A stretch of 64,000 bases of DNA from Lytechinus pictus (taxonomy: Eukaryota). Shown piece by piece: positions 1 through 13,300 of this stretch. Within the stretch, counting starts at the first letter, position 1. Every line of letters starts with the position of its first letter. Below the pieces are notes generated by a model. The model worked only from the letters and a program-made list of their open reading frames with translations, was not told the DNA's origin and ran no database searches. The stretch lies in assembly GCF_037042905.1 (NCBI RefSeq), contig NC_087245.1, forward strand, positions 5,706,001-5,770,000, written 5' to 3'. The position numbers and the translations under genes were made by a program.

Positions 1-2570
1 GATGATTCAGAACTTTTCTTAGATTGGAAATGTCCAAAATGTACAATGAAAGAATTACCTTTTTATAACGATACTTCTGATACTCTAAACAAATGTTACC
101 TTTTGTTGGAGGAATCAACTATTCAATAATAATAATTGGAGATTCAATTTTGATCTAAGACGCCCGAGTAATTCACAGACTATGAAATACAATCAAATCA
201 ATAGTATTTATTCGTTAGAACAAATAAATACTTCAGAATATACATGAATAATGGGTGGTTCCTCAACACTAATTGATCATAAGCTTACAAATTTTATAAA
301 TAAAGTGAGGTCTTTTGGTGTAATCGATATTGGGCTTAGTCATCATGCTATGAGTTTTCTCATTTGGAAATCCCATTCAATAAGTACCCATGAAATATAT
401 ATAACTTTGAGGAAGAGTGGAAATATTGATATCAATCATTTTAAATCTGATGTTAAAAACCAAAATTGGAATGAAACAGAAAATGTTGATAATACAAATG
501 ATGCAGTAAAAAGGTGGGAAGAACTTTTGCTAGAGGTTGTGGATAACTAAACATGTAAAGAACAAACACTCTCCCTGGCTAAATGAACACCTCTTCAACT
601 TAATGAAATAGAGAGATCGAATTTTAACGTAATGCTAAATCTAAACAAGAGGAAAGGTTATGGGTAGAGTATAGGCGCTTAAGAAATAAGGTCACCTATG
701 AAATTAAAAAAGAAAAAATATTATTATGAAAAATTATGTCAAAATCAAACTAGAAATGAGTCTTGGAATGTATTAAAATATTTTATATCAAATCGTAATG
801 TATCATCCGCTAACCATTCATGCACTGGTGACGCTTTCGATACTGCTAATAAATTTAATCTACATTTTGCAAGTGTTGCTGACAACGTATCTATTGATGA
901 AACGCAAGATTTAACAAATTTTTCTAAAGTACTTGATATTGATGATATATTTACTTTAAACAAAATACAAGAAAGTGATATTTTGAAAGAAATCAATACA
1001 CTTAAAAACAAAAAGTCAGTTGGAGTTGATGGTATATCTACATTTATTCTAAAGACATGTGCTAATGAATTAGTTCCCTCAATAACCTATTTAATAAATA
1101 AATCTATTGTAGACGGAAGAGTACCAGGTAAGTGGAAAGTTGCCAAGATAAAAGCTTTACACAAAAGGGGGATAAATCGAATCCTAATAATTTTAGACCA
1201 ATTTCATTACTCCCATGTGTTTCTTATTGAAAGGGTCATTCAAAAACAACTATTGCATTATCTTAATAAAACAAAATCCTCATTACTGAACAATCAGGAT
1301 TAGACCTAAACACTCAAATACGACAGCCCTATCACAGGTTAAAGATGAATGGCTTCTTGCCATGGATAATGGGGATTATATACGGGAGCCGTCTTTTTAG
1401 ATTTACAAAAAAGCTTTTGACTTAGTCAATCACCAAATGCTTTTATCTAAACTCTCTCTCTTCTTGGAGTTACTGGTAAATTGGTTCTTAAGCTATCTTT
1501 CCGATCGCAAAATTAAAACTTGTTTGAATAATGTCTTTTCTTATGAATATGTAATTTCAAATGGTGTACCCCAGGGGGTCTATATTAGGTCCGCTTCTTT
1601 TCGTTATATTCATAAATGATTTGTCATTTTCTCTTCATAAATGTTCTTTTCATTTGTATGCCGATGATTCTGTTTTATATTTCTCGGACAAAAATCCACT
1701 TGTGGTTGAAAGAACACTTAAAGGCCAATTCCACCTCAGAATTTTTTTTTTGAATCAACAGAGAAAAATCAGACAAGCATAATGCTGAAAATTTCTTCAA
1801 AATTGGATGTAAAATAAGAAAGTTATGACATTTCGAAATTTCGCTTATTTTTCACAAAATAGTTATATGCACAATTTACCCACATGCATATGGGAGAATC
1901 GATGATGTCCCTCACTCACTATTTCTTTTTTTTTTATTGTTTGAATTATACAATATTTCAATTTTTACAGGTTTGACAATAAGGACCAACTTGACTAAAC
2001 CATATAAATGTTAAGCAATGGTAACTCCACATGTTCAGTGAGAAATAAAACTTTGTTTCACAGGACAATGAGGAGAAAGTTAGAATATCTCATATTTCAA
2101 ATAAATCAATACAAAAGAAACAGTGAGTGAGTGATGTCATCAGTTCCCTCATTTGCATACCGACCAGGATGTGCATATAACTATTATGTGAAATTAAAAC
2201 TTAAAAATGTCATAACTTTCTTATTTTACATCCGATTTTGATGAAATTTTCAGTGTTATGCTCGGTGGATTTTTCTCTTTTTATTCAAATCAACTTTTTT
2301 TTGGGGTGGACTTGTCCTTTAATAATGAACTGAAAAATGTTGCAAATTGGATGAGCAAAAATCGATTAAAACTTAATTGTAATAAAACCGTAAGTATGTT
2401 TTTACTTTTTAGGTACTCGGCATATGTTGGCAAAACTCTTCACTTACGCATTCGCGAAACAGATATTCAAATGGTAAGAAGTGTTAAATATCTTGGAGTT
2501 TTTATAGATAGGGAACTTGAATGGAATGTTCATTTTGGTCATATATGTGTTCAAAAATTGGTAAAATAAC
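1..2570 (+). mobile_element. Decayed non-LTR retrotransposon (CR1/L2-group LINE ORF2: APE endonuclease + RT), split by a MITE
   Basis: Frameshifted fragments carry LINE motifs: IIIGD(F)NFDL near 130-160, TLIDH and LSHH (EN end), KKSVGVDGI, WKVAKI, GSILGPLLF, LYADDS, WMSKNRLKLNCNKT, VKYLGVFID. Confidence 0.9.
1722..2318. mobile_element. Non-autonomous Kolobok-type DNA transposon (MITE), TTAA target duplication
   Basis: TTAA at 1718-1721 and 2319-2322; termini AGG...CCT; imperfect terminal inverted repeats of roughly 110 bp; removing it restores the host RT frame. Confidence 0.85.
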
Positions 2571-2821
2571 ACATATATCTAGACAGTATAACAAACTACA
2601 GATAAATGAAAAATTAAAGTGTTAATGAAAAAAATATGTAATTGGGGGCAAATTGTAACCAAAAAAGAACCCAAAATGTTGTTTTCGTCCTAAAGAGTCA
2701 CTTTTAATGAGCCCCGATTTATCTGATTCGTGTATTTTTGTGCTCAGTGACTATGAAAACATATGGCTATTACATATTGCAAGCTACTTGTAAAGATATT
2801 TGTGTTCAGTGACCATGAAAG

Positions 2822-4155
2822 CATGACCCTGGGAAGCGAGGGTGCTTTATTATTCTCCATTGGCAACACTAGCTGGAATTCTAGTAGTTGTGAGAAATTG
2901 ATAAATGTAACACAAAAATGCACCCTATTTTGCTTGTCAAATTTCTCGGGACCAAAATGGCCTTCATTTCTTAGTGAAAGTTTTATATTTATATTTTTAC
3001 TTGTTTAATTTACATTAGCGCCCCCGTTAAAATATCTGTCCCAGGGCCCTGCCTATACCCCGTGTATTTTTCTCCTGATCTCTAATAGGGAGGGCACAAC
3101 CTTGCCATAGGCCCTATCAGCTCATGATAGATTCTGAGCTCAAGAACCTGTGAATAAATAAATATTTCTTTATTCGGATCGAACATTTTCACAGAATGTT
3201 CTCGATGGCATAATTCCTAGTCCAGGTGCCTGTTGCAGAAAAAGTTGTGTTTAAAAACACCTAAAGATCAATCGTAAGTGACTAACCGTGCACCCCATTG
3301 GTTAAAAGTCAACTTTTTATGAGTTACGTTTGATTTCAAGTCTTTCTGCAACAGGGCCCAGATATCGAGGGCCAAGGTCACGTGCTCCATTTCCACCAAT
3401 GATGAGGAAAAGCGAGGTTGGTGTGTGAGGTAAGGACCACGCCCATGCCGTCTGTCCATTTTCCCCCCGTGTTTCTCACTGGTTAATTTACTAGAACAAT
3501 CTTTCCATTTTCACGTTTTTTATGTTTTCATTTTGCGATGGGAGGGGGGGGGGGGGTAGCATTTCCTTGCTATCTCTGCATGTAGACAGGCTACCCTTCT
3601 GCACTCTAGTGCTTGTATCGGTGTCATGAAAGTCATACACCCTCAGGTTTAATATGCACCATGGAGTTTGAACGTGACGCTAATAGGCCGGCCTAGTGTT
3701 AAAATACTGATTGGAAAGTGTTCTAATACACCAGTGGTGTTGACCTAACACCATTAATTTTAATACTACAGCGTGTCCCACGAAAATTGTTAAAGGCACT
3801 CTAGATGGGTATAATATTAGAATTACAGCATTATATTGTTTATATTCTTTACGCTCGTAAAATACAATTCATTTCCTACAACTGGAGTAAGTTTTATGTG
3901 ATATGATTCAATCATAACAAAAATATGAGCATTTTGTTCATGACATATTAGGAAACCTCTCCATCCATGTTTTGTATTAAGTAGTATGTGTAGACAGGTT
4001 GAGCTAACAAGATGGCTATCTTTTTACGCTTGTTAAGTGGTGCAAATTATATTTATTCATGTTCAGCCATTGGCGTAAATATGCAAGGATTTCTTTTTTC
4101 AAGACCATGAAGACTGGGGGATAACCTATTCTTCATTCATCCCCTCTGATTACTA
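2822..4155 (+). repeat. Copy 1 of a diverged local duplication (copy 2 at 53128-54265)
   Basis: Collinear matches, e.g. GATAGATTCTGAGCT, TTCTTTATTCGGATCGAA, GCACTCTAGTGCTTGTA, TATGCACCATGGAGTT and CAGTGGTGTTGACCTAACACC in both copies. Confidence 0.9.
3226..3358. mobile_element. Small PIF/Harbinger-type MITE, CAG target duplication
   Basis: TIR CCTGTTGCAGAAA / TTTCTGCAACAGG; CAG on both flanks; same family at 53498-53628 and 54719-54868. Confidence 0.7.
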
Positions 4156-4640
4156 GATGAGATCAAGATGAGATCATGGAATAAAACATATTTACTTTAA
4201 TTAAATTCCTTATATTTAAAATATTAACCAACCAACCAACCAATCAACCAACCAATCAATCAATCAATCAATTTTAATGTTTGATTAAAGATATCATAAC
4301 ATTCTTCTTAAACCTTCAATTTTCTTTTATTCAAGTATCGGCCCGCAAGTTGTGGGCCGAAAATCTAAAAAGGAAATAAAAAAATAAGTGAATGAAGACG
4401 TAATTGGACTGCGTATACTTTATTCAACGCAATAACGAAACTTGGATTCAGAGGCTTTCTTATGAGTTCTCAAAAAGAATAATAACTCTGTGTTTAATGA
4501 ATCATATCACATGACATTCAAGCCAGTTGTATGAAAAAAGTGCTAATTTACGATTACAAAAATTATATACAATATGATTGAGTTATTTTCACATTATATT
4601 CAATTAAAAGTGCCAATAACAATTTTTGGGGGACACGCTG
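3769..4640. mobile_element. Non-autonomous Tc1/mariner-type element, TA target duplication
   Basis: TA|CAGCGTGTCCCACGAAAATTGTTA...TAACAATTTTTGGGGGACACGCTG|TA. Confidence 0.85.
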
Positions 4641-6874
4641 TAGTGTGCAATGCTTGTTCGTCCTCTTTAAACACCGGCGGTGTAGTTTTAACATTACTGT
4701 TTTTTTTTAAAGAGCACACAAACAATTCTTGTTGTGGCCGTATGCTCATGATTGACAACATTCCAAATATGAAGAACAGAAAGTGGTTGTAAACAAAGTC
4801 CTAGATCATTGTGAACACCAATCCAGTTAAATAAGTTTTTCTTTAATAAATATTAACAGTACAATGCACCAAAAATTACTATCAAAGCAAAGAGTCGTTG
4901 TAATTGTTCAGTTTTCCCTAGATTGAGAATTGCGATTAAGTAATTGCAGTAGACATGGTAGACATGGTAGAGCAAGGCATAGAGGATATTCCAACAAGTA
5001 AAGTCCAAGAAGCAATTCGGTGGTGTGCCTGTGAGAAGAGGTAGGCTAATCTCTTGTCACAGGCACACTGGTCTCATTTAGAGCTATATCGAGTAATGTA
5101 TACAGACAATATCCATGGTATTTTGGTAAAAAGCTATTTTTTCCATAAAACTTTAAAAATGGCCGTCATAATTGCAAATTTTGAATGGTCATCTGCAATG
5201 AAAATTCATTCACTAGACACTTTAGGTAATATTTTTTTCATAATTGATAATTTTTTTCCACAATGATACACAGGAAACCTATTTCCGACTCAACTTTTTC
5301 TGAACCGTCTGTAAAAAAAATGTAAAGATTATTATACTCCACTTTGTCTGTTTATACTTATATGAATCTCTCTCTTGCAGTGGGTTGAATATGTCACTTA
5401 CAAGACTATTTATTTGGTGCAACAGCTAGGTTCTGTCGACCATTGGAACGATATCCCTTTTCACGTCTATTTGTCAAAACTCATAGCTCTGCGTGCTCGC
5501 ATTTTATGTGTTAATTATAAAAAAAATACTTAAAATCCCTTTTTCATATTGGTTTATAAAAAATTTCGGCTCGCGCTTCGCGCGCACATTGATAATTAAA
5601 AATATTCATTAACACGCGCATGCCGTTCACAATTACAAAAGATGCTTCAAATGTCCCGTTTTCAGACCTGAATATATAGGCCCTATAAAAAGATCGCACT
5701 CTCACTAGGCCAATTTATTAATGAGATACACATCTTTTCCATGAATTCCTGCGAATAGTCCTAGATCGGAATATCAAATAATTTCATATAGCATGCCCTT
5801 CGAGCTTGCCTCATTGAAAAGGTGTGATGGATTTTTTGTTAAATTTCCCCCTTTTCAGATTAGAATATCAAAATTTCTCAGCTCGCGCTCGCATAATTTA
5901 TCTAGGAAGATACTTATCCTTTATCATGATTACGGAGTGAAATGTAGATACAGTTTTTTTTCAGCCCCTCCCTATTGGCGATTTTATGAAAACTTTAAAA
6001 TAAGTTTAATTACATGCAATAGAAAAGGGAAGGTGGGAACTTGACATCATGAGCCCACCTATATAACATGAAGGCGTACGTATAACTGTTTTCACAATGC
6101 TAAATTAAAATTCAATAACTTTAGTATTATCACATTATGCCATTTATAATGACACTGCGATTTTGAGCAGTAACATTTTATATTTTACTTCATTTATTTA
6201 CATAGATTTAACTATTTTTAGCCATCAGTGCGTTTCATGAAAGGACTTGTCTGACGTTTTACCCGACAAGGCATGTTTTATCTGACAGTTACCATAGTAA
6301 CAGTGCTTCTCAGCCAATCAAAATGAAAAAAGCTGTCAATTCTGACAGCTTGTCGGACGAAAATGTTGTTGAAACGCTCCTCCTGAGTTTAATATATATG
6401 ATCGGTGTCAAGTGTTTACAGCATTGGTAATGATTAAACAGCATTTTAAAAGAAATATATAACCTCCGAGGGCGACATGGCCCTGGGAAGCGGGTGTGCG
6501 TGCTAGGGATGCGTGTATAGGAAGCACGGGTAGTACCCGCTGGAATTCTTATAGGTGCATGTGAAAAAACGAACAACAAAAATGATTTTAATTTTTAATT
6601 GAAACCCTCAATTTTTCCTTTTTTTTTTGCTTGTCAAATTTCTCAGGAGCAAAATTACCGTTTAATGCACCTTTTTTGGCTTGTCAAATCTACATCAGCT
6701 CCCCCAGTAAAAAAACCCTGGACCCTGTGTATCTTCAGTTTAATCTCCTAAGCTTGCCGCTCTTCGTGATTAACGTATACGTTTATCCATAATGATTATT
6801 CCAATTTTTGCGCAAATCAATTTTCACGACTCAAGCGGAACGATTTGTCGACAGTCTTCGTCACTCGCTCAGAG

Positions 6875-7137
6875 CAGTTGCGTACAGATGGGGGGGGGGG
6901 GGGCACCTGCTCCCCCCAAATTTTTACGACCAAGAAAAAAAAGAGAAAAGAAATTAGAGAAGGGAGAAGTATGTTTATTTTCTGAATATTATGTCAGAAT
7001 CTATCACAAAATTGAATTTTGTTGATAAAAATCTTGAAATATTTGCTCGCTCGCTTCGGTCACTTGCATCTGTTTAAACCAAATTCCTGATACGCCATAT
7101 CACACCCCCTCAACATTTTTGGCTCATTACGCCACTG
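6875..7137. mobile_element. hAT-type poly-G MITE about 640 bp upstream of the sulfotransferase ATG
   Basis: TIR CAGTTGCGTA / TACGCCACTG; 8-bp flanks GCTCAGAG and GCTCAGAC (7/8 match). Confidence 0.75.
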
Positions 7138-7773
7138 GCTCAGACAGGCCTGTGTAAAGACTGCATGATATTAGATGCAAATAAATCATACTTAGGATAT
7201 TTTCAAATTTCAAACTTTTATAAATACGCAATTGTGTTATTTTGATCGAGATTCTCTTATCCGGGAAATGTATACCGTCCATCCACTTTGTATGGCCGGC
7301 AAATCCATTTGCAAAATACAGCTCCAACAGCGCCCCCCCCTGTCCAGCAGATTGCGACGTCAAGGAAAATGTGTTTGAAGAGAATGTTAGAGACGCATTT
7401 ATTCGTTCTGCTGTCAAATTGTTTCCAGTCAAACGAAATAAAAGCAGTGCGTATTTAGTTGCTTTTACAAAAAAATATACAATTAACAAATGGGAGGACA
7501 GGGTTGCTAAAGCTTGCTTTCCTCCCGGGTGAACATATCCTAACCAAATCACACACTGCAAAAACAGAGTGTTGATCGCATTAATCTGGACCAAAATGTA
7601 TGGATTACTGTGAGGAGTCTGCATGAGGACCATCGATATCTCGGCCGAAGGAGCGAATCAGACCAACTAAAATCGTCTAGAGGATATCATGCTTCAAAGT
7701 TGTCTCTGTAATTAAAGGAAATTTTTTATTTTATGATTTTGATCGTGTAACTCGTGGATTTAAATTCTCAGAG

Positions 7774-7931
7774 ATGAGGTTTCACTTGACAAGATTTCTT
7801 GTATGGGTTGTTTGTAGCGCGGGAGTTTTTGTACTGTTCTTCCGGATTCAATCTGCCCGGATTGATGGGGTCACTTATCGGCACATCAATGGACTAGATC
7901 AGCAGGATATCATCGTTGCAGATTCACAAAG
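7774..7931 (+). CDS. Sulfotransferase exon 1 (short cytoplasmic tail, signal anchor, stem)
   Basis: MRFHLTR followed by hydrophobic FLVWVVCSAGVFVLFF; ends at donor AG|GTTTGA in phase 2, which matches the acceptor phase at 31757. Confidence 0.75.
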
Positions 7932-7935
7932 GTTT

Positions 7936-7967
<32 letters not shown>

Positions 7968-9277
7968 GGGGGGGGGGGAGGTATTCTCCTACTTGTGCCT
8001 CGCTATTTCAAGCGCATATAATAATTTAGAATCAAAGTGTGTTTTAGTTATCAATGATCATCACGACATGATCGACATGGCGATATCTCCATCATCAGCA
8101 TCTTAATCACACCACTACTGCCACTACAATCGCCACCTTCTTTACCATTCTTCCTTATCATCATTATCATCATCAATGATGATAATTCGATTGTTAGTCT
8201 TTGTTTAATCTGTAGAAAAGAACCAGTAGAATATCAAGACAAACAGGATATGATTCCAGTTAGAATCTCCATATGATTAACATGATTGTCGAAGAAAATT
8301 TCACTGTAATCTTGTTTCAATTCATATCAGGATGAGGTGAGTCTTCATCAGACCTGCCGAACCCAGTGCCTGTTCCGAGGTTATTTCAATTCACACTCGC
8401 TATTCCCGTTGTATCTATATATTATTAGCCATCAATTAATTAAATGCATATATCGGCCCACTTCCATAAAAACATCCATGCGTGTAATAAGGGAATAGGT
8501 AATCTGATGAATAATTGAACCAGTATCTATAGTCTAAATTAAATCGAGCACCAAGTAGGCATTCACCAAATTGCTTCCTACGTTAACTCGCTGCCAAAGG
8601 TTGTTCTAATCATGGACCTACTATACACCATGTTCTAATGAGTGCTACGAGAGTAGCAATAAGGAATCGTCATCCAGAGAATATTGATGGATGTTCTTAG
8701 AGAGTGATTATGAGGTTACCTGTGTTGTTTTCGCCAATACCATAAACTGCAATGAAATTTGTATTTTTTTTCAAAAAAATCCTCAACGATAACGAGGGAA
8801 ATAAGTCACAATCATTATACAATCACGTGAAGCCGGTTGGAAATACTGAATTCCTTCAGAATTTCAGAGAAACATTCTATAAATTTCCGTTCAAATATTT
8901 TATTATTTTCATTCTTTTTATGTCATGCAGTTGAATTGTATTTCCTGTTTTTCAATTAGGTGGTACTGAATGTATAAATGGATACCGATATTTTATACAA
9001 ATAAGCTGCGCCTTATACTTTCCTACTTTTGTTTTTAAGCCTCTCTATTTTATACCATTTTATGCTAATGGATTATGACTTATCCAAATTCTTTTTCCTC
9101 TTCAGGCAGGCTGAATCATTTCCTATAGTGGGTCAAACTTGTTCACTAGAAGTTCACATTTGAAAAACAAAATTATTTCATATTCATACAATACCCTTTA
9201 ATTGTTTGATAGATAACGATTAGCGTAAAAAGGAGTAAAAAGAGACCAGAACACCGGTCCTACATATAAGAGTTATA

Positions 9278-10091
9278 CAGTGCGTCCCACAAAAAACGAA
9301 ACCGAGATTTATCGATGATTTATCATAACTTAATCACAAATACAATAGACAAATGACCTACCATTTTTAAGCTTAGAATCTCCTCTTTCATCTGGTATTA
9401 CTTAGATAATTCCTCATTCACGCATGAGTGAGCAAAAACAATTTGAAGAAAGGATACCAAAAACTAATTTGGCGGGCCGTATCTGGGTTTTAAAAAGAAA
9501 ACCACATGACTAAAAAGTTCAATATCTTTAATTTGATACCTCAATTACAGAAAATGGTCAAGAAATAACAAAGTTCTGGTTATTTGAAATAAGGCTTGAA
9601 TTTCAATAATTTCATAAAATGAAGAGGTTTTACAGGCTTGCGTTCAAACTCTCTCGACATTCCGTTTTGTTGACGATCAGCCATGCATTAAGTCTTTTGT
9701 TACCGTGCGATAGCTTCTGTGGGAAGCCAGTGAAAACACGTTTATTTAATGAAATTATGGAAATACAAGCATTGTTTCGAGGGATCATAACTTTTTTACT
9801 TCTTGACCATTTTCTGTGATTAAGGTATCAAATAAAAGAGCAGATATTGAACTTTTCAGTCATGTGATTTTCTCTTTGAAATTCAGATACCCCCCGCCAA
9901 ATGAGTTTTTTGTATCCTTTCTTCAAATTGTTTTTGCTCACTCATGCGTGAATGAGGAATTATCTAAGTAATATCAGATGGAGGAGGAGATTCTAAGCTT
10001 TACATTGGTAGGTCATTTGTCTATCTTATTTATGATTAAGTTATGATAAATCATCGCTAAATCTCGGTTTCGTTTTTTCTGGGACGCACTG
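9278..10091. mobile_element. Foldback Tc1/mariner-type MITE with very long TIRs (~340 bp arms), TA target duplication
   Basis: TA|CAGTGCGTCCCACAAAAAACGAAACCGAGATTTA...TAAATCTCGGTTTCGTTTTTTCTGGGACGCACTG|TA; the arms stay complementary to about 9618 and 9745. Confidence 0.9.
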
Positions 10092-11146
10092 TATGATATT
10101 TGAGGCCGACTCCTTGTCTGTCGATAGTATCTTTAAAACAAACTTATGTAACTAGTCATAGTAAACATCATTAGACCCATTGCAAGATTTATTCAAATAT
10201 AATTATATTCATTCAACGTCTCATAAAAACAAATGTAATACATTAAGAATCAATAGATTTTTGAATGACTACAGTAAAACAATAATAAAACTAATACAAA
10301 TTAACAAAACTTCATAAAACAATGAAATGGATGTGAGGGAGAAACTAACCACTGTTCTATCAGAGCTACTACCTGAGTATAGCCATTATAGGCGTACTAT
10401 TGTTGATGTAGCAACAAAAACCCCTCTTTTTCTTTTCTTTTTTCATTTTATTTGAGATGGATTGAAAGGGGTATAAGCGAATTATAGGATTTACCCAAAA
10501 AAAACCATTCAAGATCAAATATTTCAAATTGTTCATATTATGAGTGTCAAAGTTACTACTTGTTACATTAGATTGTTGTAAAAATAAACGACAAAGAAAC
10601 AAATAATCAGTGTTAAAGTTACTTCTTATTGTTGTATGCCAAGACGATTTGTTTATTTTATTTTATTGGAGGATCAAACATCAACCCAATCAATCCCATT
10701 CCATACTTCACAAAATATTGGCTTCAGGAAAAACTGAAATTGATTTCAACAATTTTAGTCCTATAGAATCGCCGGACTACCACAGTGGGGGAATGCAGAC
10801 TTTATGCATATAATTATGTTGCTCTACTGAAGCAATACATCAGCATTGTATAGAAGCGACTGACAAGCATATATTCTATATCGTCTTAATGGGGCTGCGA
10901 AGGATGAGATCAACAGGACAAGTAAACATCAGTTCCTTTTAAATCGTTCCTCAAACAAAATGGACAATAAAACATTTTATACAAATAGATCACGTTACGT
11001 CATGATGAATATCAATTAGATTTTTTTTGTTTAATCCGGGAACAACAAGCGCTTGGATTTACGTGCAAGTTTATCTATCTATTCACCATATTAAGGATTT
11101 CCATAGACAATTAAAGCTTGTTGATTTCTTTTCCGTAAATCTTTAC

Positions 11147-11362
11147 TCAAGAAGAAGTAGTAATAGAAGAAGTATAAGAAGAAGAAGAAGAATACAAAGA
11201 AGAAGAAGAAGAAGAAAAAGAAAAAGAAGAAGAAAAAGAAAAAGAAGAAGAAGAAGAAAAAGAAAAAGAAGAATACAAAGAAGTAGAAGAAGAAGAAGAA
11301 GAGAAAGAAGAAATGAAGAAGAACAAGAAGAACAAGAAAATAAAAGAAAATAAAAGAAGAAG
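11147..11362 (+). repeat. (GAA)n-rich polypurine tract
   Basis: Directly visible AGAAGA repeats. Confidence 0.95.
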
Positions 11363-13129
11363 AGCTTAATGGTTCTGTATGCTTTCCAATGCCTTATAAA
11401 ACAGTGTCGGCATTACATGGTAATGGTGGTGATTTTTACCTGATTGCTAAGAAAGCATGAATGCTTGTAAGCAAGCAACCTCAGGACCGACGGCTTAAGG
11501 TCCTCTCCGAGGGAACTGGTAATAAGGATTAATGCCTCATATCATTTTTTTTCAAGAAGTCAAATTTTCATTGGGAGAGGAGCGATATCAACCCCTGTCA
11601 CCTAGGATCGACGCATCTGAGTTAGGGTACTTTATCTGATTGCGAATCATTTGTTAGATTAATCATTGACATTGGGTAAACATTTATTTCCGCACATTAT
11701 ATCGAAACTGATTGCAATCACTCACATTATATTGGTATAATTTTGACATGCTTGAAAATACATATAATTATCTTTAAAAAAATAATAAATTTTGCCTTGC
11801 ATAAAAGCAGTAATTTTGCTATATGGATTGCAGGTTTACTAATGGTTCATGAATACAAGATCAAGCTAAAAAACATACTGTAATTCGTTTACTTATGCAG
11901 GATAATTGTTTGTGGAAAGTGGCTGGGTCTTGGGAGAGTAAGATTTATTTCCCTTCCGTAGAAAGCACCATTGCAAAAATAAAATTGCACTTTTTTTTAT
12001 AGGCATATTATTTAGTCAACATAAACAAAATGATTTCAATGAGTAGAGAAAATCAAATATGTACACTAGCGGATCCAGTGGGGGGGGGGGGGGGGAGGGG
12101 GCACAGCCGGCCCGTTACCCCCTTTTGAGAAGCAAAATTAAATTTTTTAATGTAAAAATGCCTTTAAAAAACAGAAGTGAGCCCCCCCCCCTTTGAAAGT
12201 GAAAACCTTTTTTTTTGCTTGTTAGTTTTTTCTCGGGGACGCAAAAACTTTTTTTTAATGGCTTGTCAAATTTTTCCTGTAAAAAATGTGCCCCCCTTTT
12301 GCAAAATTCTGGATCCGCCCTGAATATGTATATTACCTAACATTGACATTTTTAATAATATTATATGATATACAGGAGGAAGCGTATGGAATGATTTACC
12401 TTCGGGTCTACAAAATGCAAATTCTATTGAAAGTTTTCAAAAAGAAGTACAAGAAAATACTCTATCTGCTCTCCATCCTTTACATTTCTATGTCGGTTTC
12501 TATTTTCAATTCGGTATTTATCACCCGGTGCACATGTATACTCTCGTGTTTCTAATGTTTGTTAATTATACCTATTTCTATTACTTACATGACTTATGTG
12601 TGTTTATTTTCTCTAACAGTCAATTCATCTTCTGTTGAGGTGGACTTTGAATGTCTGACATTTTTTATGAGTTTTCTGTATAGACTTAAATGAAGGAACC
12701 CCTTTTTATTGTGACATCAGTATTAAGATAAAATCATAAATGTACTTATCAAGTTCATATTGAAGTTCAATGTTTAAAGTATATCCAAGTAATCATTTTT
12801 AATGTGAGATGATTATTCCACTTTGGTAGTATATAGGTTCCTTGTTTGATTCATTAAAAAACAAACATAAACTTTGATTTTTCTCTCAAATTCTAAACCT
12901 GCCATTGATAAGGTATTATTAATACCATTTTTTATTTTCATGACGATTGTGTGATTGTTATATTTCATTTTTTTGTTCATCTCAAATAATAATGATATTA
13001 ATAAATTGCTTTTGTATAACGTTTGATACATCGGAACGACGTCTCTGGGCGCATTACAGATTCTAATTACCCCGGTCATCGGATCATCTCATTCCCGCAA
13101 ACAATGTATGCATTTTCCCACTCACTGGG

Positions 13130-13300
13130 GAACACTCCAATAAAATTCCCCAGTCTCGATCGCTAGACATACTACATAGACTTTTGCATCCTTCCGGGCC
13201 CATTTAACACTTGGGTGGAGAGTGGCAATGGACGCTATGCTGTGATGGGATTCGAACACACAACTCTCTGATTGCAAGGCGAGAGCCAGAACCGCTATAC
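13130..13300 (-). mobile_element. tRNA-derived SINE fragment
   Basis: Minus strand reads GTATAGCGGTTCTGGCTCTCGCCTTGCAATCAGAGAGTTGTGTGTTCGAATCCC (A/B-box-like head) followed by a SINE-like body. Confidence 0.65.

Noticed and set aside
7127..7633. 168-aa minus-strand ORF upstream of exon 1
   Set aside because: No recognisable domain or splice support; more likely promoter/5' UTR of the sulfotransferase.
7932..8106. Remainder of the 110-aa ORF after exon 1
   Set aside because: Reads through a splice donor into poly-T/poly-G intron sequence.
11027..11353. Arg/Lys-rich 108-aa ORF resembling a protamine
   Set aside because: It is the translation of a (GAA)n tract, starts at TTG and has no other gene evidence.
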